A stretch of DNA of 64,000 nucleotides from Moniliella sp. 'wahieum' (GCA_003971905.1 RSEE01000072.1:124001-188000); one strand, 5' to 3'; positions 27,406-41,400 are shown, counted from the stretch's first letter. The notes: generated by a model from the letters alone, not told the origin. Made by a program: numbers and translations.

Positions 27406-29024
27406 ATGTCTGCGTACGTCCCTCCCGTCTCCCCCCCGCCCTGCCCTGCTGACCCCCCCCCCCCCCCCGCTCCCAGATACACCATCACCCCCCAGCTCTG
27501 GAAGCAGATCAACCACTATGCTCCTTCCGCCAGACCGGCATCTCTCTCCGCTACATGGTCCGTTTCGGCCAGAACATCAACCCCGGCTCCCTCCTCCAGG
27601 GCGGCAACTTTCTGCGCAGCGAGCTCCCTGTGCGTCTGGCCCACCGTGTCTCTGAGCTGGACAACCTGCCCCGCAGCGCCAGCGAGATGCCTTCCATCAT
27701 CCGCGTCAAGAACTGGTACGCCCAGTCGTTTGAGGAGCTGGTCCAGTTCCCCAAACCGCCCAAGCTGTCGGACGAGCTACAGGCCATCTTGGCCGCCAAC
27801 ACGGCCTTGTCCGCCGCAGCGCTCGCGGCGGCAGCCAAGCCCAACCCTTCTGTCCTGTATGGCGATGGCGCCGAGCACCTCGTCGGCGCTTACCCCGACG
27901 ACGATCCTTCGGTCCGCCCCGCGGTGCGCGCCCAAGCACAGGTGCCCAAGGAAGTGCCCGATATGAGCAAGGTCACCTGGCCGCCAGAGGTGTACGATTA
28001 CAATGAGCGTTTTACGCGCTGCCTCGAAGCTATCAAGCGACGCCACGATGCGGTGGTCACGACGGTCGCACAGGCGTGCTGGAGTACAAGCGCGCCAATC
28101 GGTACACGGCGTTGCAGGCGGACATGCAACGGTTCCTTGACCGCTTCTACCTTTCTCGTATTGGTATTCGGATCTTGATTGGCCAGCATATTGCGCTGGC
28201 TCGCAGCAGTGAGAGCTTGCACGATTCGATCACGGCGGGCAACCGGTCACTGTTGGGCCGTAATGCTCCGCCTCCGCGGTCAGCGAGACGGAAACAGGAT
28301 AAGTACCGCGAAAATTACGTCGGCGTCATCTGTACCAACACCAATGTTGGCGCAATGGCACATGAGGCGATTGAGAATGCACGGTTTGTATGTGAAGAGC
28401 ACTTTGGCTTGTTCAAAGGTCCCCCGGTCCAGCTCATCTGCCCCAAAGACTTGACTTTATGTACATCCCTTCCCATTTGAACGTGCGTCGTTTCCTTCCT
28501 CCCTCCCTCCCTCCCTTCCTTCCTTCCTTCCTTGCGCCTTGCTGGGTCAGACCGACCAAGGCAAGGGAAATGCGGTACGATATGGAAGCTGACCCCTCCC
28601 CCCCTAACCTCTGGCGCATAATAGCACATTTTATTTGAATTGCTCAAGAACTCGTTGCGCGCGGTGGTGGAGCGGTACGGGGTGGAGAACGAGGACCATT
28701 TCCCACCGATCAAGGTGATCGTGGTGGAAGGGCGGGAAGATTTGACGATCAAGATCAGTGATGAAGCCGGAGGGATTCCTCGGAGTGAAGTGCCGTTGGT
28801 ATGGACGTATACTTACACTACGGCCCAATCCGACGATTTGGACCCAGAGTTTGACCAAAGTGACTTTCAAGCGCCATGGCTGGGTTTGGGTACGGCCTCC
28901 CGCTCGCACGCCTCTATGCCCGCTACTTTGGTGGCGACTTAAAGTTGATCTCGATGGAGGGCTATGGCACTGACGTCTACTCTCCCTCAACCGTCTCTCC
29001 TCCTCGACCGAACCTCTGCCGTGA
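27406..29024 (+). CDS. Mitochondrial pyruvate dehydrogenase kinase (BCKDK/PDK family)
   Basis: [113 protein letters not shown] and terminal STEPLP*. Confidence 0.93.
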
Positions 29025-29724
29025 ACGCCGCGGGCGGCAGCGAGAAATACTATACGAATGCAGGACAGTCTACTGTGCGTCGGCGGGGAGGGCGGCGCAG
29101 AGGCAGAAATGCTGGAGAAGAAGGAAGCTGGGGCTAGAGGAGGAGGGGGGGGGGGCAGTGGAGAGGGGATGCAGAGTGAGTAGAAAGCAGTTGGGTCGTT
29201 GCAACTTCCCGATTCCGTTTCCCGATTCCAGATTCCAAGCACACACAGAGAGTAGAACGAGCGAGGAGACACACTGATGGTTTGACCTCATATGCTGCGC
29301 TCGCCTGTTTTAATGGGTTGCCTGACGCCCGCTAGACCACCACCACGCATCCCCCCCTCGTTGCCGAAACCCAGCTAGACGCAGGGGCGCTTACATGCAC
29401 ACACAGGTCGAAGTGGCCATACCGAGTAATTCCATGCGAGTTTTTGTCAGTTGAACGAAACGAAAGAGACACAGCTTCAACGGGTGACAGGGGAAGACAT
29501 GGCGGAGCAAAGGATGCAGCATAGCGCAGGCCGAGATATGATTGCAAAGAAAAAGACAGAGAGTGGTGCCGGGAAGAAAGGAAGTCGCCTAAGGGTGACC
29601 GGTGACGAAGCTTGAGGTGAGGGCCGGGAAGTACCGCTGGCTTCGTCTAGCTAAGAAGGACTGTTCACCAATTACTTTAGAGAAAGTGGAACTGCGGAAA
29701 CGTGGAAATGGGAAAATGCAAAGT

Positions 29725-30304
29725 CTAGGGCTGGGCTTGTGCCGAGGCAGACGGAGTGTCGGGCTCCGCGGCATCGGGGGAGACAGGAAGCATTTCCAAG
29801 GGGATATGATGCCGTTCGCTCTGTTGGATGACCGATGTCAAGTGCGTGTCCTGCTTGATCTGCTTGAGGTAGGACTTGGAAAGGAGATGGACAGAGGGAT
29901 GCTGAGCATCGGGGACAAGGTCATACCCAGCGCAATGGAAACTGTATACCCTCTCCAGCCAGGCAGGGGCCCGCTTGGCCGGGTCAAGTACGCACCCGCC
30001 AACGCGCCCACCAAGAGCCCCCCAGTTGGGTTTGCAATGCTCTCCGTTCCACACCATAATGAGGTCGTGCTCCTTGGGCGTGATGGAAAGGGGCACGTTC
30101 GCGTCAGGGGTCTGGTTGATGGCTCGGCGAGGCGAAGGGAAGGGGGGTGGTAAGCGCGTTGTTCGGCAGTGCGTCCCAGTTGAGCGCTGGCATGGGCGCA
30201 GCCGCGTGGGGGCCAAGCGCCCCACCAAGGCTGAGAGCCGTGTGCTGTGCCGGCGTCGGCTGCAGCGGCGTGGGTGGGGGGGACGCGACAGGGCTGGCCA
30301 CCAT
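29725..30304 (-). CDS. Possible orphan protein, divergent from the makorin gene
   Basis: MVASPVASPPPTP... joins after a frameshift to a globular-looking segment, PLSITPKEHDLIMVWNGEHCKPNWGALGGRVGGCVLDP...WLERVYSFHCAGYDLVP. No family recognised. Confidence 0.35.
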
Positions 30305-30677
30305 TGGGGAGGAGCAAGGATGGTAGGCTGCTGCTATTCGGGGGCCAACCCAGCGGCGCTGGGACGTCCCGCCTAGGCGGTCTGTGCACGCCCACCGAAC
30401 GATCATCATGCATCATGCCTCACTCTCCCGTGCTTGATGTAACCCTACGGTCACATGACCCGTCGCGCCTCTTCCGACGCACTTTTGAAAGTTGATACGA
30501 TGCGGAGTGGCGGCATGTGCAGAGGGCAGGGGGACTCTGTAACCCCCCCACCTCCTCTGCGGCCTCCTTCTCCACCTCCACCTCCACCTCCACCTCCTTC
30601 ACAGCACTTGCCATTCACTACCCCTTCCCTCCCTCTCCATCCCCCTGCGCTCGCTCTAGGACGCATCCTCAGGAGAT

Positions 30678-32015
30678 ATGCCATCTGAGTCCCAGTCACC
30701 TCAGGCGTCGCGGGCGCCCATGTGCCGCTACCACCTCACCCCTGATGGCTGCAGGCGCGGTTCCGCATGCCGCTTCTCCCACTCCCTCCCTCCCTCCCAG
30801 TCCCATACTGGCACTGCCTCCACGTCTACATCCACGCCGCTTCTCTCAACCGCTCCTCCGCCATCTTCCTCCCAGCCTAGCTCCACCTCAAGAGAAGCAT
30901 GCACCCGCCGTGCGACGCCAAGTAATGCTGACTCTAGCACCTCACTTGGACCCAAAAAACCTTGCAGATACTTCAAGAAAGGATACTGTGCCAGGGGGGA
31001 CTCGTGTTGGTATGCCCACGACGCATCCACTCTTCCTCCCAGGTTTGTGGCCGAGATGACTGCAGCGGCAACGGATGGATATTCGTCTCCGGAGCCCACA
31101 TCTGGCCCTACGCGTCCCATGTGTTCCATCTGCTACGAGCTTCCCACCACATATGGATTGTTGTCCTACTGTGACCACATTTTTTGTCTGGATTGCATCA
31201 AAAATGGCGTGCGCGACCCCCTCCGGATTCGAACGAGCCCCTGTTGGAAGAAGAGATGGGCAACCAGAAACGATGTCCCGTATGCCGCACAGTGAGCCTG
31301 TTTGTGATCCCTTCCTCTGTTTTCGTCACGGGCAACAACAAGAAGTCCATCGTAAGTCGCTTCAAGGCCGCCACTCGTACCACGCCGTGCAAGTACTTTG
31401 AAGCGTCGTTGTCCAAACGGACTGGAGTGTTCTGTCCCTTTGCGGGTACGTTGTCCTCTTTGCTTTTTTCATCCTACTTTCTCTGTGCCGATGCAGGACG
31501 CTTACTTTCCCCCCCCCCCTGCCTCGCTTGGCCAGACCAATGTTTTTACTCGCACAAGATTGAGGGGAGCGAGTTTGTTTTCAATATGACGGCGGAAGAA
31601 ATGCTGACGCGCGAATTGCGGCATTCCTTGCTGCGTGTTCGTCGGCAACGAGGCCTCGAGGCAATTGGGTTGGGCGACTCGGTGTATGCGCAAGACGCAT
31701 CTTTGTCCCACAGCCATCGACGCATCCGGCCGTCCCAAATGCACCCGAATCCAAATCCGGCTGGCGACCGCGACGTGCTGGAGTGGGGAAGCGATTCGGA
31801 CCTGATTATTGCTGGGGAAGACGATGATGATTATGATGATTATGATGGTTGGGCCGGGTGGCGGATGTCTCCCCGGATGATATCTTTTCTTTGGAATGGA
31901 GGCAACGTCGGATGATGATGATGATGATGCGGAGGACTGGGACGAGGACGACAATGTGTATGATACATGGGACGACTACGATGTTGATTACGATGATTGG
32001 CAAGACGATGATTGA
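30678..32015 (+). CDS. Makorin-like CCCH zinc finger/RING E3 ligase with acidic tail
   Basis: CCCH fingers CRYHLTPDGCRRGSACRFSH and PCRYFKKGYCARGDSCWYAH. RING CSICYE...YGLLSYCDHIFCLDCIK.W...CPVCRT.S.FVIPS. Last finger PCKYF...CPFA|DQCFYSH. Confidence 0.88.
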
Positions 32016-33439
32016 TCCCCCGCATTTACTTCCCTTGATTTGACACGGCACACCCGGGGGTTCCGGGGGTTGTGCCTTGCGTGGGACTCTCAGTCGTGCA
32101 TTGGTGCACCTGTCAATGCATCCAGCTCGGTCTCCTTTTTCATGCGCCCTGGATTGGCTTGTTTCCAATTGACTTGTATTCTAGCCTAGAGAGTCACAGG
32201 TGAGGACGGGGTGTGGTGTGGGCGACCCGAGCCCATCCGCCAGTACCCATCAACATGGGTGGCTGCGAGGCCGATGCTGGGCGAGGTGTAGGAGGACTCA
32301 GCCGATCGATGAGAAGCAATGCAAAGGGATGTATCGCAAAGTAGTATTAGGACGAAGAGAAGAAGATGGGTAGGAGTACCACTGGTTGGAGAGTAAGGAA
32401 GGGTGTGGGGCGGGGGGTCAGCCGTGGGGACAGGGGTGGGGTGCAATATTGCCAAGTACTGTATGAGGCGTAGGTGCTCCTAGCACTACCCTGTTACACT
32501 TTAAACGCCATATATAAGAGCCAGAACAAGGAAATTTCATACAGGCGAAGTCCGCAGCCGTGTGTTCAGCGTTCTGTTTCGGGTGCAAACACGTTGGCGA
32601 GTGAGCTCACTCCTAACACGCCTCAGTACCTCAGTCCCATACGCGGCGGAACCTCTGACGTTGTCTTAGTACGTCCGAAAGGTTTGCCGCTCTCAGATCT
32701 CATTAATCATTGGTTACGAACAAATGTTGTTGGCAACATTTGTTGGCTCACCTGGCCATGGTCTGAAGCGCCACTCCCGATCGCCCCCGTCCTGACGGCT
32801 TCCACCTCCAGTCTGAAGTCGATCTGAAGCCAGAAGCTTGAAGACTGAAACTCAGTCGCTCGGTGTCGAAACGCAAGCCCACAGTCGTACCTTGTCCGGA
32901 GACACTCTCACAAAGCTGATGCTGGTGATGATCCCGATCATCGATCATCGGCTATCGAATCGGTCATCGATCATCAGTCACGAGTCAGTTCCACTGCTGC
33001 CAGGCTGGTGGCGCGTGCACTCACAACTGGCGTCCGCACGGCGCCAGCGCTGGACAGTGAGCAGCTTGCTCACACTGCCCGTGTGCTGTGCTGCTCATCT
33101 CAAATTCTCAAATCAACAATTAAACTACACCTGGGTCCGGGCACGGCGCCAGTCTCGGCGGAGGTCGACCCACCCCATCATTAACGTTTAACTGCTTTCC
33201 GAGCACCACCTCAGGCCTCAGGTAAGGGCTCAGGCGCTCAGGCCTCTCAGATCTCATGAACAGGAGCAATACGCACCAACAGCCTTCAAGTGAAGCTTTA
33301 CATCTACACCCGCGACGATCGCATCCACTACGCCGTCCGCGTATAAGAGACCCACTGATCTGCCTCGTCCCCCGTTCCCTCCATCCCCACCCACTCCAGC
33401 ACCACTCGCGTGTTACCAACAGCACCCCCCCAATTCGCC

Positions 33440-35470
33440 ATGGCTCCCGTTGAAGGCACCATCACCCTCACCGACTATCTCTGCGAGCGCTTGAAGCAGC
33501 TCGAGGTTGAGTTCGTCCAGGGCCTCCCTGGCGACTTTACCCTGGCCATGCTCACGCGCTGGCGTGAGCGTGGCCTGGGCTGGATCGGCAACTCCAACGA
33601 GCTCAACGCCGGCTACTCGGCCGACGGCCTGGCCCGTGTCCTGTCCGAGGGCCACCCCCGTCCCGCTGTGCTCACCACCACCTTTGGTGTCGGCGAGCTG
33701 AGCGCATGCAATGCCCTCGGTGGCAGCATGGCCGAGCGTCTTCCCGTCATCCACATTGTCGGTACGCCCTCGACCAAGGCCCAGGACGAGGGTCTCCTGC
33801 TCCACCACACTCTTGGTACGTTTTACTCTCCCGCATCACCGCCCGTCCGCCCCACTATATTATGTTGTTGATCGTGCATCTGACCTTTTGCTCCCTCTAC
33901 CAAGGTGACCACAAGTTCGACGCCTTCCTCAACATGGCCCGCCAGATCACCGGCGCCCAGCTGGACCTCTACCAGATGCACCGTGAGGGACGTCTGCCCC
34001 TGATCCCCAAGGGCACCCAGGCCGAGGACATTACCACTGGCCTGGACGCCTGCCGCGCCATTGACTCGATCCTCGAGTTCTGCATTTCCCGCTCTCTCCC
34101 CGTGTACATTGGTTACCCTTCCAACTTGGTTGACCTCCCCCTGCCTATCTCGGCTGCCAAACGCCTGGTGGACTACAAGCTGCAAACCACTGTCACGTCC
34201 AACAACGAGGAGATCGAGCTCAACGTGCTCGACGAGATTGTCAAGCGTGTCAAGGCGGCTACGCAACCCATCATCTTGGTTGACGCTTGCGCTTCGCGCC
34301 ACAACGTCGTTGCCGAGACGCGCAAGTTTGCCGAGGTCACTGGCCTCCCCGTCTTCTCCACCCCCATGGGCAAGACGACCGTCACGGAACTCAACAACGC
34401 CCAGTTTGGTGGCGTGTACCTCGGTAGCCTGAGCAAGCCGGCGGTCAAGGAGATTGTGGAAAGCTCCGACTTGATCCTGTCCGTCGGTGCCCTCCTGTCG
34501 GACTACAACACTGGCTCCTTCTCCTACCGCACTAAGCGCACCGCCACGATTGAGCTTCACTCGGACCACACCAAGATTGGCTACGCTGTCTTTGACGACA
34601 TCAAGATGAAGTGGCTCCTGCCTAAGCTTACGGAAGCTCTCTCGGGTGAGGGTGAGAAGCGTCTTTCTGTCACCAAGTCGCTCCTGGCTCCCGTTCGCTC
34701 CCTGACGCTCAACGCGATCCCCTCGGTCGAGGAGCAGATTGGAGCTCGACGAGCTTACCCTCACGCGCCTTGGTGGTCCCGAGGGCTTCAAGTCCAAGGA
34801 CGTCATTTCCCAGGGCTACTTCTGGCCCCGCATGGGTCAGTTCTTCGGCGAGGGCGACGTTGTTCTTGGCGAGACGGGTACCTCGTCCTTCGGCCTGATC
34901 GACGTGACGTTCCCCAAGAACGCCAAGCTGATTGCGCAGATGCTCTGGGGCTCGATTGGCTTCACGGGCGGTGCAGTTTTGGGTGCGGCGCTTGGTCTGC
35001 GCCAGCTGCAACAGCACAACCCTAACCGCCCTGGCCGCGTTGTGCACTTCATCGGTGACGGCTCCCTCCAACTTACCGCACAGGAACTCGGCACTGTCTT
35101 CCGTCACGGTCTGACGCCTCTCATCTTTATCCTCAACAACGATGGGTACGAAATTGAGCGCCAGATCTTTGGCCCTGACGAGTTCTACAACGACATTGCG
35201 ATCTGGAACCACTCGAAGCTGATTGACTTCCTCACGCCCCCACCTACCTGGACCAAGCCCAACGTGCCCTCGCACGAAGCCGACCCGGTCCCATCTAAGA
35301 CCCAGTTCCACGCTGTCCACACCAAGGCCGAGCTCGAGGCGCTCTTGACCGACCCCGAGTTCAACAAGGCCGACAAGGCTCACGTCGTTGAGGTCTTCCT
35401 CCCCCGTGGCGACTCGCCCCCGGCTCTTAAGCGCCAGGCCGCCCTCTCCGCCGCTAACAACGCTGCCTAA
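33440..35470 (+). CDS. PDC: Thiamine-diphosphate-dependent 2-oxoacid decarboxylase (pyruvate decarboxylase family)
   Basis: GLPGDF, NELNAGYSADG, TTFGVGELSA, LLHHTLG, LLSDYNTGSFSY, ETGTSSFG, LWGSIGF and the ThDP motif GDGSLQLTAQE...NNDGYEIER. Intron 3' of LLHHTL. Strong GC3 codon bias. Confidence 0.93.
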
Positions 35471-37307
35471 GCCCCCCCCTTTGACGCATCCAACGAACTC
35501 CAGACCAACACGAAAAAAACTATCATGCCCGGCCTGCTTCACACACTGCTTTCTTGTGATCTCTATATCCATTCTCTCACCCAACTCATATCTTTGGATT
35601 GGTTCGTTGTACAAAGATATATAGGACGCATATGAGATGCATTTCGTTGCAGAAGAGATGGACTACTACTATATATACCTCGTCTATATACGGCAGCGAC
35701 CAGAGACATATATCAAGGGGCCTGGGGCAATCGGGGGATCAGCAATGGAAGTGAGCCACACTGCGCGACAGGGAAACGCAGGAGGTACGGAGTGCGTACC
35801 GGAGAGTGGTGCACGAGAGCACTGCGTCGCCTTTGGAACGCCGGGAGAAGGTGCTGCTTCAGCTGCTGGAACAAGCAGAATGCGACAAGAACGCCAAGTA
35901 CCAGGGGCGCGCTCAAAAACTGTTTTCCCCTTGGTTTTGACGACGCGAGGATACTACAGCACCAAGACACAGCGGGCAAGATGTTTGCGCATTGGAAGGA
36001 TTTGGCTACTGAGTCTCTCAATGGAAATGGCTCTTCGCTCGGATGTCAACCACGTTCATCCATGTCCACACGCGCTACCTAGGGTACGGGACCGGATGGC
36101 AAACCCACCAGAGGGTCCTGATATCCTAGCGATCCCCCTTGTTTTCAACATTGGTGCCGCTACCAAGTAACTCCCGCAAGATGAACGGTTCACAGTTTAG
36201 AAGCAGCGTTTCCCTGTCCCAGCCTTATTAAGTTCTGTCGATGATATGGATGCAGTATGTACAAGGAGAACGGGACTAGATAAAGAACTGGGAAACAGTC
36301 GCCATCATGCTGGAGAAGACCGCTCCTGGGTGTAGGACATGGAGGACACAAGAGGCCCCGCAGCGGTCCGTCTCAAACGGGAACCAAAGGTTGGTCGCTG
36401 GAACAGAAAAGATAAACAGCCCAGAAGCGACAACTTTCTGTTACGACTGTTTAACAGCGCATCAGGTCTCTTCCATCGAAACGAATCCGCAGAGACTTGG
36501 AATTCCATCAGGCTCCATAGAAATACTCCTCACACGCCAGTTGCCGGACGGCTTCATCGACTCTCCATCTTGGGTTTTCACCTAAATCAAGGACCTCTCC
36601 CTGCTAAAGGGTGGGAGAAGGGGAAGATGGAGGTTGTGTCATTCTAGGAGACCTAGGCGGACTGATGGTAGACATAAAAGGGGAGAGCCGGAGTCAATAA
36701 CAGAGTGGGTAGGGTACGTAAACCACATGCAACCATGTGGTTTAGTCTACGTGATCACGCTGACACTCCCGTCCCCCCATACGGGCCAAAGTCATCTTTT
36801 GAGCCTGGAAGTAGAACTTTTTCCGGTGACGGAGGAAGGCGGAAAGAGAGCGCGAAGACAGACTCGATTCTCTAGGCTTGCCGGTCCATCTGCCCTCATG
36901 ACAACTTATGACTGTCCCTCCATCTTCGTCTCATACAAAATTGATCACATTCCAAACAAACCCTCATTGACAAGGGTTTTCTACTTCAGTCAAAGAGACC
37001 GGTAATAAGACTGATAGCATACCCCATTTCTACCCAACCGTAGTGTGTGGTATAATCCACAGGATAAGGAAAAAAAGCCGTAACACAAAAACCACGCGCA
37101 TTTGACTCTTCACAATGAACCTCCCCTGGCAGAATAGGGGTGTAGGAAAGCGAAACGGCGATTGTCAAAATTTCCGGAAGGGAATAACTGATGGAACATA
37201 GAATGGAAGGTACGTGGGCCCAAAAAGCCTAAACAAAAATCGTACTCGTGTGGCATAAGAGAGGGACAGTGCGACTTCACCTTCTCCTTCTCTAGTATCC
37301 CTTACAA

Positions 37308-40159
37308 TCACGCGCGGGCAATGCTGCCGTTGGTGATCAGCGGTACACACCACCCGGAGAGGAGACCACCATAAGTGTATGTCGTGTTCGCACACACCGT
37401 CCCATTGGGTGTGGGCGCAAATACGGCTCCTGTCCAATCGTTGTCATATACCAACCCATTGAATTGCAGCGTCTTGTCGTTCACTGCTGATGCACCAAAT
37501 CGGGAATCTGTTTCTCGGTTGAGCGAGTATTTCTGCAAGATGCCCATGGCGAGCATGCAAGTGAGCGACGAGCCGATGGAGAGGGCACCAGAGAGAGTAT
37601 TTCATCCTGTCACATACGCCGGCGGAGGAGGGAATTGTCAGTAAGAGAAAAGACGCCAGCCAACTTTTGTTGGGGGAGGGGGGGGGGGGGAGACGCACGA
37701 GATCCAGTAGTTGCTTTGCCGCGACCGGTTGAAACAGTAGGAAAACAGTAGGCCAAAGAAGGACCATGAAGTGTAGCTAATCGCATTATTGGACGTCCAG
37801 TTGGAGACGCACCCAAATATCACCGGCACAACGATCCAGACTGGTCTGACGCGGTAAATCATCGGCCGCCATAGCGATAAGGCATAGACTGGGAGGGGTA
37901 GCAAGGCGCCAATCAAGAAGCCATACAAAGTCCAAGAGTAGAGACGTAGAAATCCATCATGTGGCCCCACACCGCCCCAGTATTCCACATCGGCCTCGTA
38001 TGGAAACAGATTGGATGCAGCACTGTTTGGTACCAAATAGGCCTGGGTGTCATCCCTTGTCGCTTTCTCTCGCAGGATCCAGAACCCAGCATGGACCACA
38101 CCACAGACGAACTGCACACCAACTTGGACAAAAAGTTGGTACGGGGAGGAATCTTGAAGTAATGGCACAGCTTGGAGCCGCCAGCAAAGAGCGCCGCCTG
38201 CTGGACCACATTGCTGCTGAACAGGCTGAACAGAACGAGGCCAGAAGTGTTGTGCACGAATATGAGGCCTGCAAGGAGACATGAAAAGTGACGAAGAGAG
38301 ATTTGGACCCCTGTGATACCCTGAACTAGGCAGATCGGAACGAGAAACACTAAGGCCACAAGAAGAGCGACGACCAAACCCCAGACAGGGAACCCTGTAT
38401 GGTACACGTGCATTGCTGGAATGCAAAAGGCGAGGCACAGACCTAAGCACAAGATTCCACCATGCAGGCACATGCTTATAGTTGGTCAGGATAGCACGCG
38501 TGTGAGGATCGTACGCGCTAGGTGGTTTGTGCCGTAGCCAGTGGAGAATATCAGCCCCATAGAAGAGTCCGACATAACCAGCACAGATGAAACCGCAATA
38601 AAGGAGAAGAAGATGGCCGTAACACCCATGGCGGTCAAGTACGGAAACGAATAATCGTTATAGTCATTTGATGAAAAGACGATTGGCTCCTCCAGGGAAA
38701 GGTTCTCTGCGTGGAGGCTGAGGTATTGGTACGTCGCCGCCGTGTAATCAAAAGGATCCCTAGAAGTGAAGGGGATATTGGCCATGTGCTGAGTATTTGT
38801 ACACATGAGCGCCACCCCGACCACACATCCAGCCAAAATGACCCCTATTAATACGCATACAAGAACATGCGGAGGGACAATCAAGGGAGACAGTCCCATG
38901 CCCGTCACAACCTCGTACCAATCGAGGGAGAGCATGTGCAGGCCCAGACCACCATCGCCGCCAAATATGAGGTTGACAGTGAAGGAATCGGGAGCCATCC
39001 AAGGTAAGAAGCTGAATGTTTGCAATGGTGTGAAAAAGACCGTGGCACCCACTCCCATGCGGAGATAAGCACTAGTGCGCCCCAAAATACTGTTCGCATA
39101 GGCCAATGGGCAACCCGAATTCCGTGCAAGGCAGTCAGCACAGCAGACGTCTCAAGCTGCACGGGCCAGACGAGCGCCTCGGGCCACACAAGCACCTTGT
39201 GGGCCAGGTTGGCAAGAGGGAAGCCGATGAGAGGAGCGGCAATGGAGATAAGAACGATAAATCCATGTTGCCATGCTACTGGTTGATAGCTGTGGCAATT
39301 CACGGCGGCTTGGCAATGTGCGTTCGACAAGGCGGCAAGCATCAGAAGGGTCTGGTTAGGGCCCGTGGTGATTCCAGCAATGATGGTAAGGAGCCTTCAA
39401 TAACAAAAGGGGTTAGAGTCACTAATATAGAGCAGAGAGGCTTGAGATGCAGAATAGGAGAGGATCGAGCTTACGCATGTTCCTTGCAATTGAAGGGGCC
39501 GGGATTGAAGAAGCGTTTGTAAGGCCAGTGGTCGGGATATGGAATCATAGACATGAGCAGGCCCACCCCATATGCGAAAGGCTGTATAAAGACGGACCCC
39601 AGCAGCGTCGAAGCATCGCCACGGTAAAGACAATGTCCAGCTCAAAATACAATACCGATAGTCCGACAGTAAGCGTGGATCCAATCAGCCAAACACGCAC
39701 CGTGTTGATGGGCAGTGACGGGTCATCCTGGTTGGGCACTGTAGCGCGAACTTGGGGCAGAGAGGAAATGGCTTGGTTAAGATCACCGTCGGTATCATAT
39801 CCATTTTCTTCGTCGACCACGGGGATGGGGGTGGTTCCATCATGGGTCGTGTGTTTGCTCGAGCAACTGCTCTGGCCCGTTTTCGTATCATATCCAGAAA
39901 GCCGATGGGTCATCTCGAAGGTTGATTCACGGTCAAGGTCCATGATATCTTGTTCGTTCCAGTCTGCAAGCCTATACCCATGAAAGTCGCTTGGGTTGAC
40001 GGAAGTAGGGCGGATGGGAGGAGGGGTGTCGCCAATTGACGCCGTTTCAACGTGAATAATGCCATCTCCGTTTGCCGTCAGCGGCTCTCGATCAAGGTCG
40101 TCGTTGGAGAGGTGCGACGGCCGCGGCGCAGCATTGGCAGCGGGCGTGGCGTTCCACAT
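37308..40159 (-). CDS. OPT-family oligopeptide/glutathione transporter (divergent, lower GC)
   Basis: PQVRATVPNQDDPSLPINTVRVWLIG, PFNCKEH, LVWPEALVWP..L, NLIFGG.GGLG...LSLDW, SPLIVP, VPI..VQGITG, KLCHYFKIPPRTNF and YWGGVGP. Multiple indels; intron ~37639-37705. Confidence 0.85.
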
Positions 40160-40799
40160 GGGCAGGAGGAGTGGTTGTACTCTGGAGGCAACCAACGGGA
40201 AGAAGTGGCGGTGTATGGCAGCAGCTGGCGACAGAACGCCCCCCGCGGGATAGAGGTGGTGGAGAGGGTGAAGCGGAAAGAGGTAAAAGTGGCCACGTGT
40301 GTCTATACATACCGACCGTGCGCTTTTTCATAGTGGCTCCTTATTTGTCGTGGCGAACACCCCTGATGAAGGCGTGCCGTTGCCGCAACTCCGGTGGGTG
40401 CCCATTCGGTTAGCAGCCGCTGTGGCGCAGCGAATTAGTGCGCCGCTAAGATCTAAGAGAAGCCTTCTCCTACATCCGATCAAAGCAACTCCGCGCTCAC
40501 CTCCATCTCTTCCGCTCGCATCCATCAAGTTTATCGCTGACACTTGCGGCGGAAGAGTTCCGCTCTCACAGGCTGCGTACTCTCGCTCCTATTGAGCCTC
40601 ATTTTCTTTTCTGCCGTTGTTACAAGACTTGTGGCTCACGGCTTTGCCCTCACGCCTTGTCTGAAGGCTGCTTGGCAGCTGATCCATAGGATCGCTGAGT
40701 TCTCCCCAAGTCGCACTCTAGCATCGCGGACCTCCCGACAAGATTTTATCTGATGACTTCCGCTGGACTATCACAACAGAATTTCCATATTAATCTTGC

Positions 40800-41027
40800 G
40801 GTGGACAAGGACAAAGCACAGCTCCCGGTCGTCGAGCCCCGGCAGGGGTAACAGTCATCGTCGACCGTCCGCTCGAAGCGCCCCCGTCGTTGACCTTCAA
40901 CTCGCTCCTGTTGGGACTGAGGCATGACCGATATCTTGATGCGACGGATACCAGGCAAGCCCATGCCACCAGGCGTGGCTGACTCGGTTCCGCCGGTTGC
41001 TGCGCCCAGGCCAGTCAGTACGACAGG
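40800..41027 (-). repeat. Diverged inverted copy of transposon-internal segment 45631-45830
   Basis: Its reverse complement shares, in the same order, CCTGTCGTACTGACTG, AACCGAGTC, GCGAGTTGAAG, TCAACGACGGGG, CGCTTCGAGCGGACGGTCGACG and GCTTTGTCCTT with 45631-45830. Confidence 0.85.
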
Positions 41028-41204
41028 GATCACCGCACTGAGAGTAACAATTCGGTGCCAAGGTCCCCAAAGAGACGAGATCATTGCGGGGAGACAACGA
41101 CCACTGTGACTTCTATAGTACATCGGGGGGGGGAGGGTTCCACGGCAAGGCTTTTGGCCTGCGAGTTGCAGCCTTTTTGCAACGCGATGTGCACACTCAG
41201 CCTC

Positions 41205-41228
41205 TACATAGCTAATCGAAATTTCTAG
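41205..41228 (+). repeat. Left terminal inverted repeat (24 bp perfect, imperfectly extending to ~38 bp)
   Basis: TACATAGCTAATCGAAATTTCTAG. Confidence 0.95.
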
Positions 41229-41230
41229 CC

Positions 41231-41400
41231 CAGAACCTTGCCGGCCACACCACAAGCTTGTCTTTAGATTTGAGGGGCACAACCTTGTCACAGCCTCGCC
41301 AACACAGCTAGCCCCAACCTCTTGGACCACACTGCGGCAAGGCCGCCCAGCGAGGTTGTCCCTAGATTGCTGCCTATAAAGTTCGTCACAACCTTGCCCG
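41231..41400. repeat. Left subterminal repeat array, consensus CACAACCTTGYC
   Basis: cagaaccttgcc (41231), cacaagcttgtc (41251), cacaaccttgtc (41278), cacagcctcgcc (41289), cacaaccttgcc (41387). Confidence 0.8.

Noticed and set aside
33823..35614. Long antisense ORFs opposite PDC (similarly opposite GDH2, UGGT and the septin)
   Set aside because: These are the expected shadow of strong GC3 codon bias and have no independent motifs.
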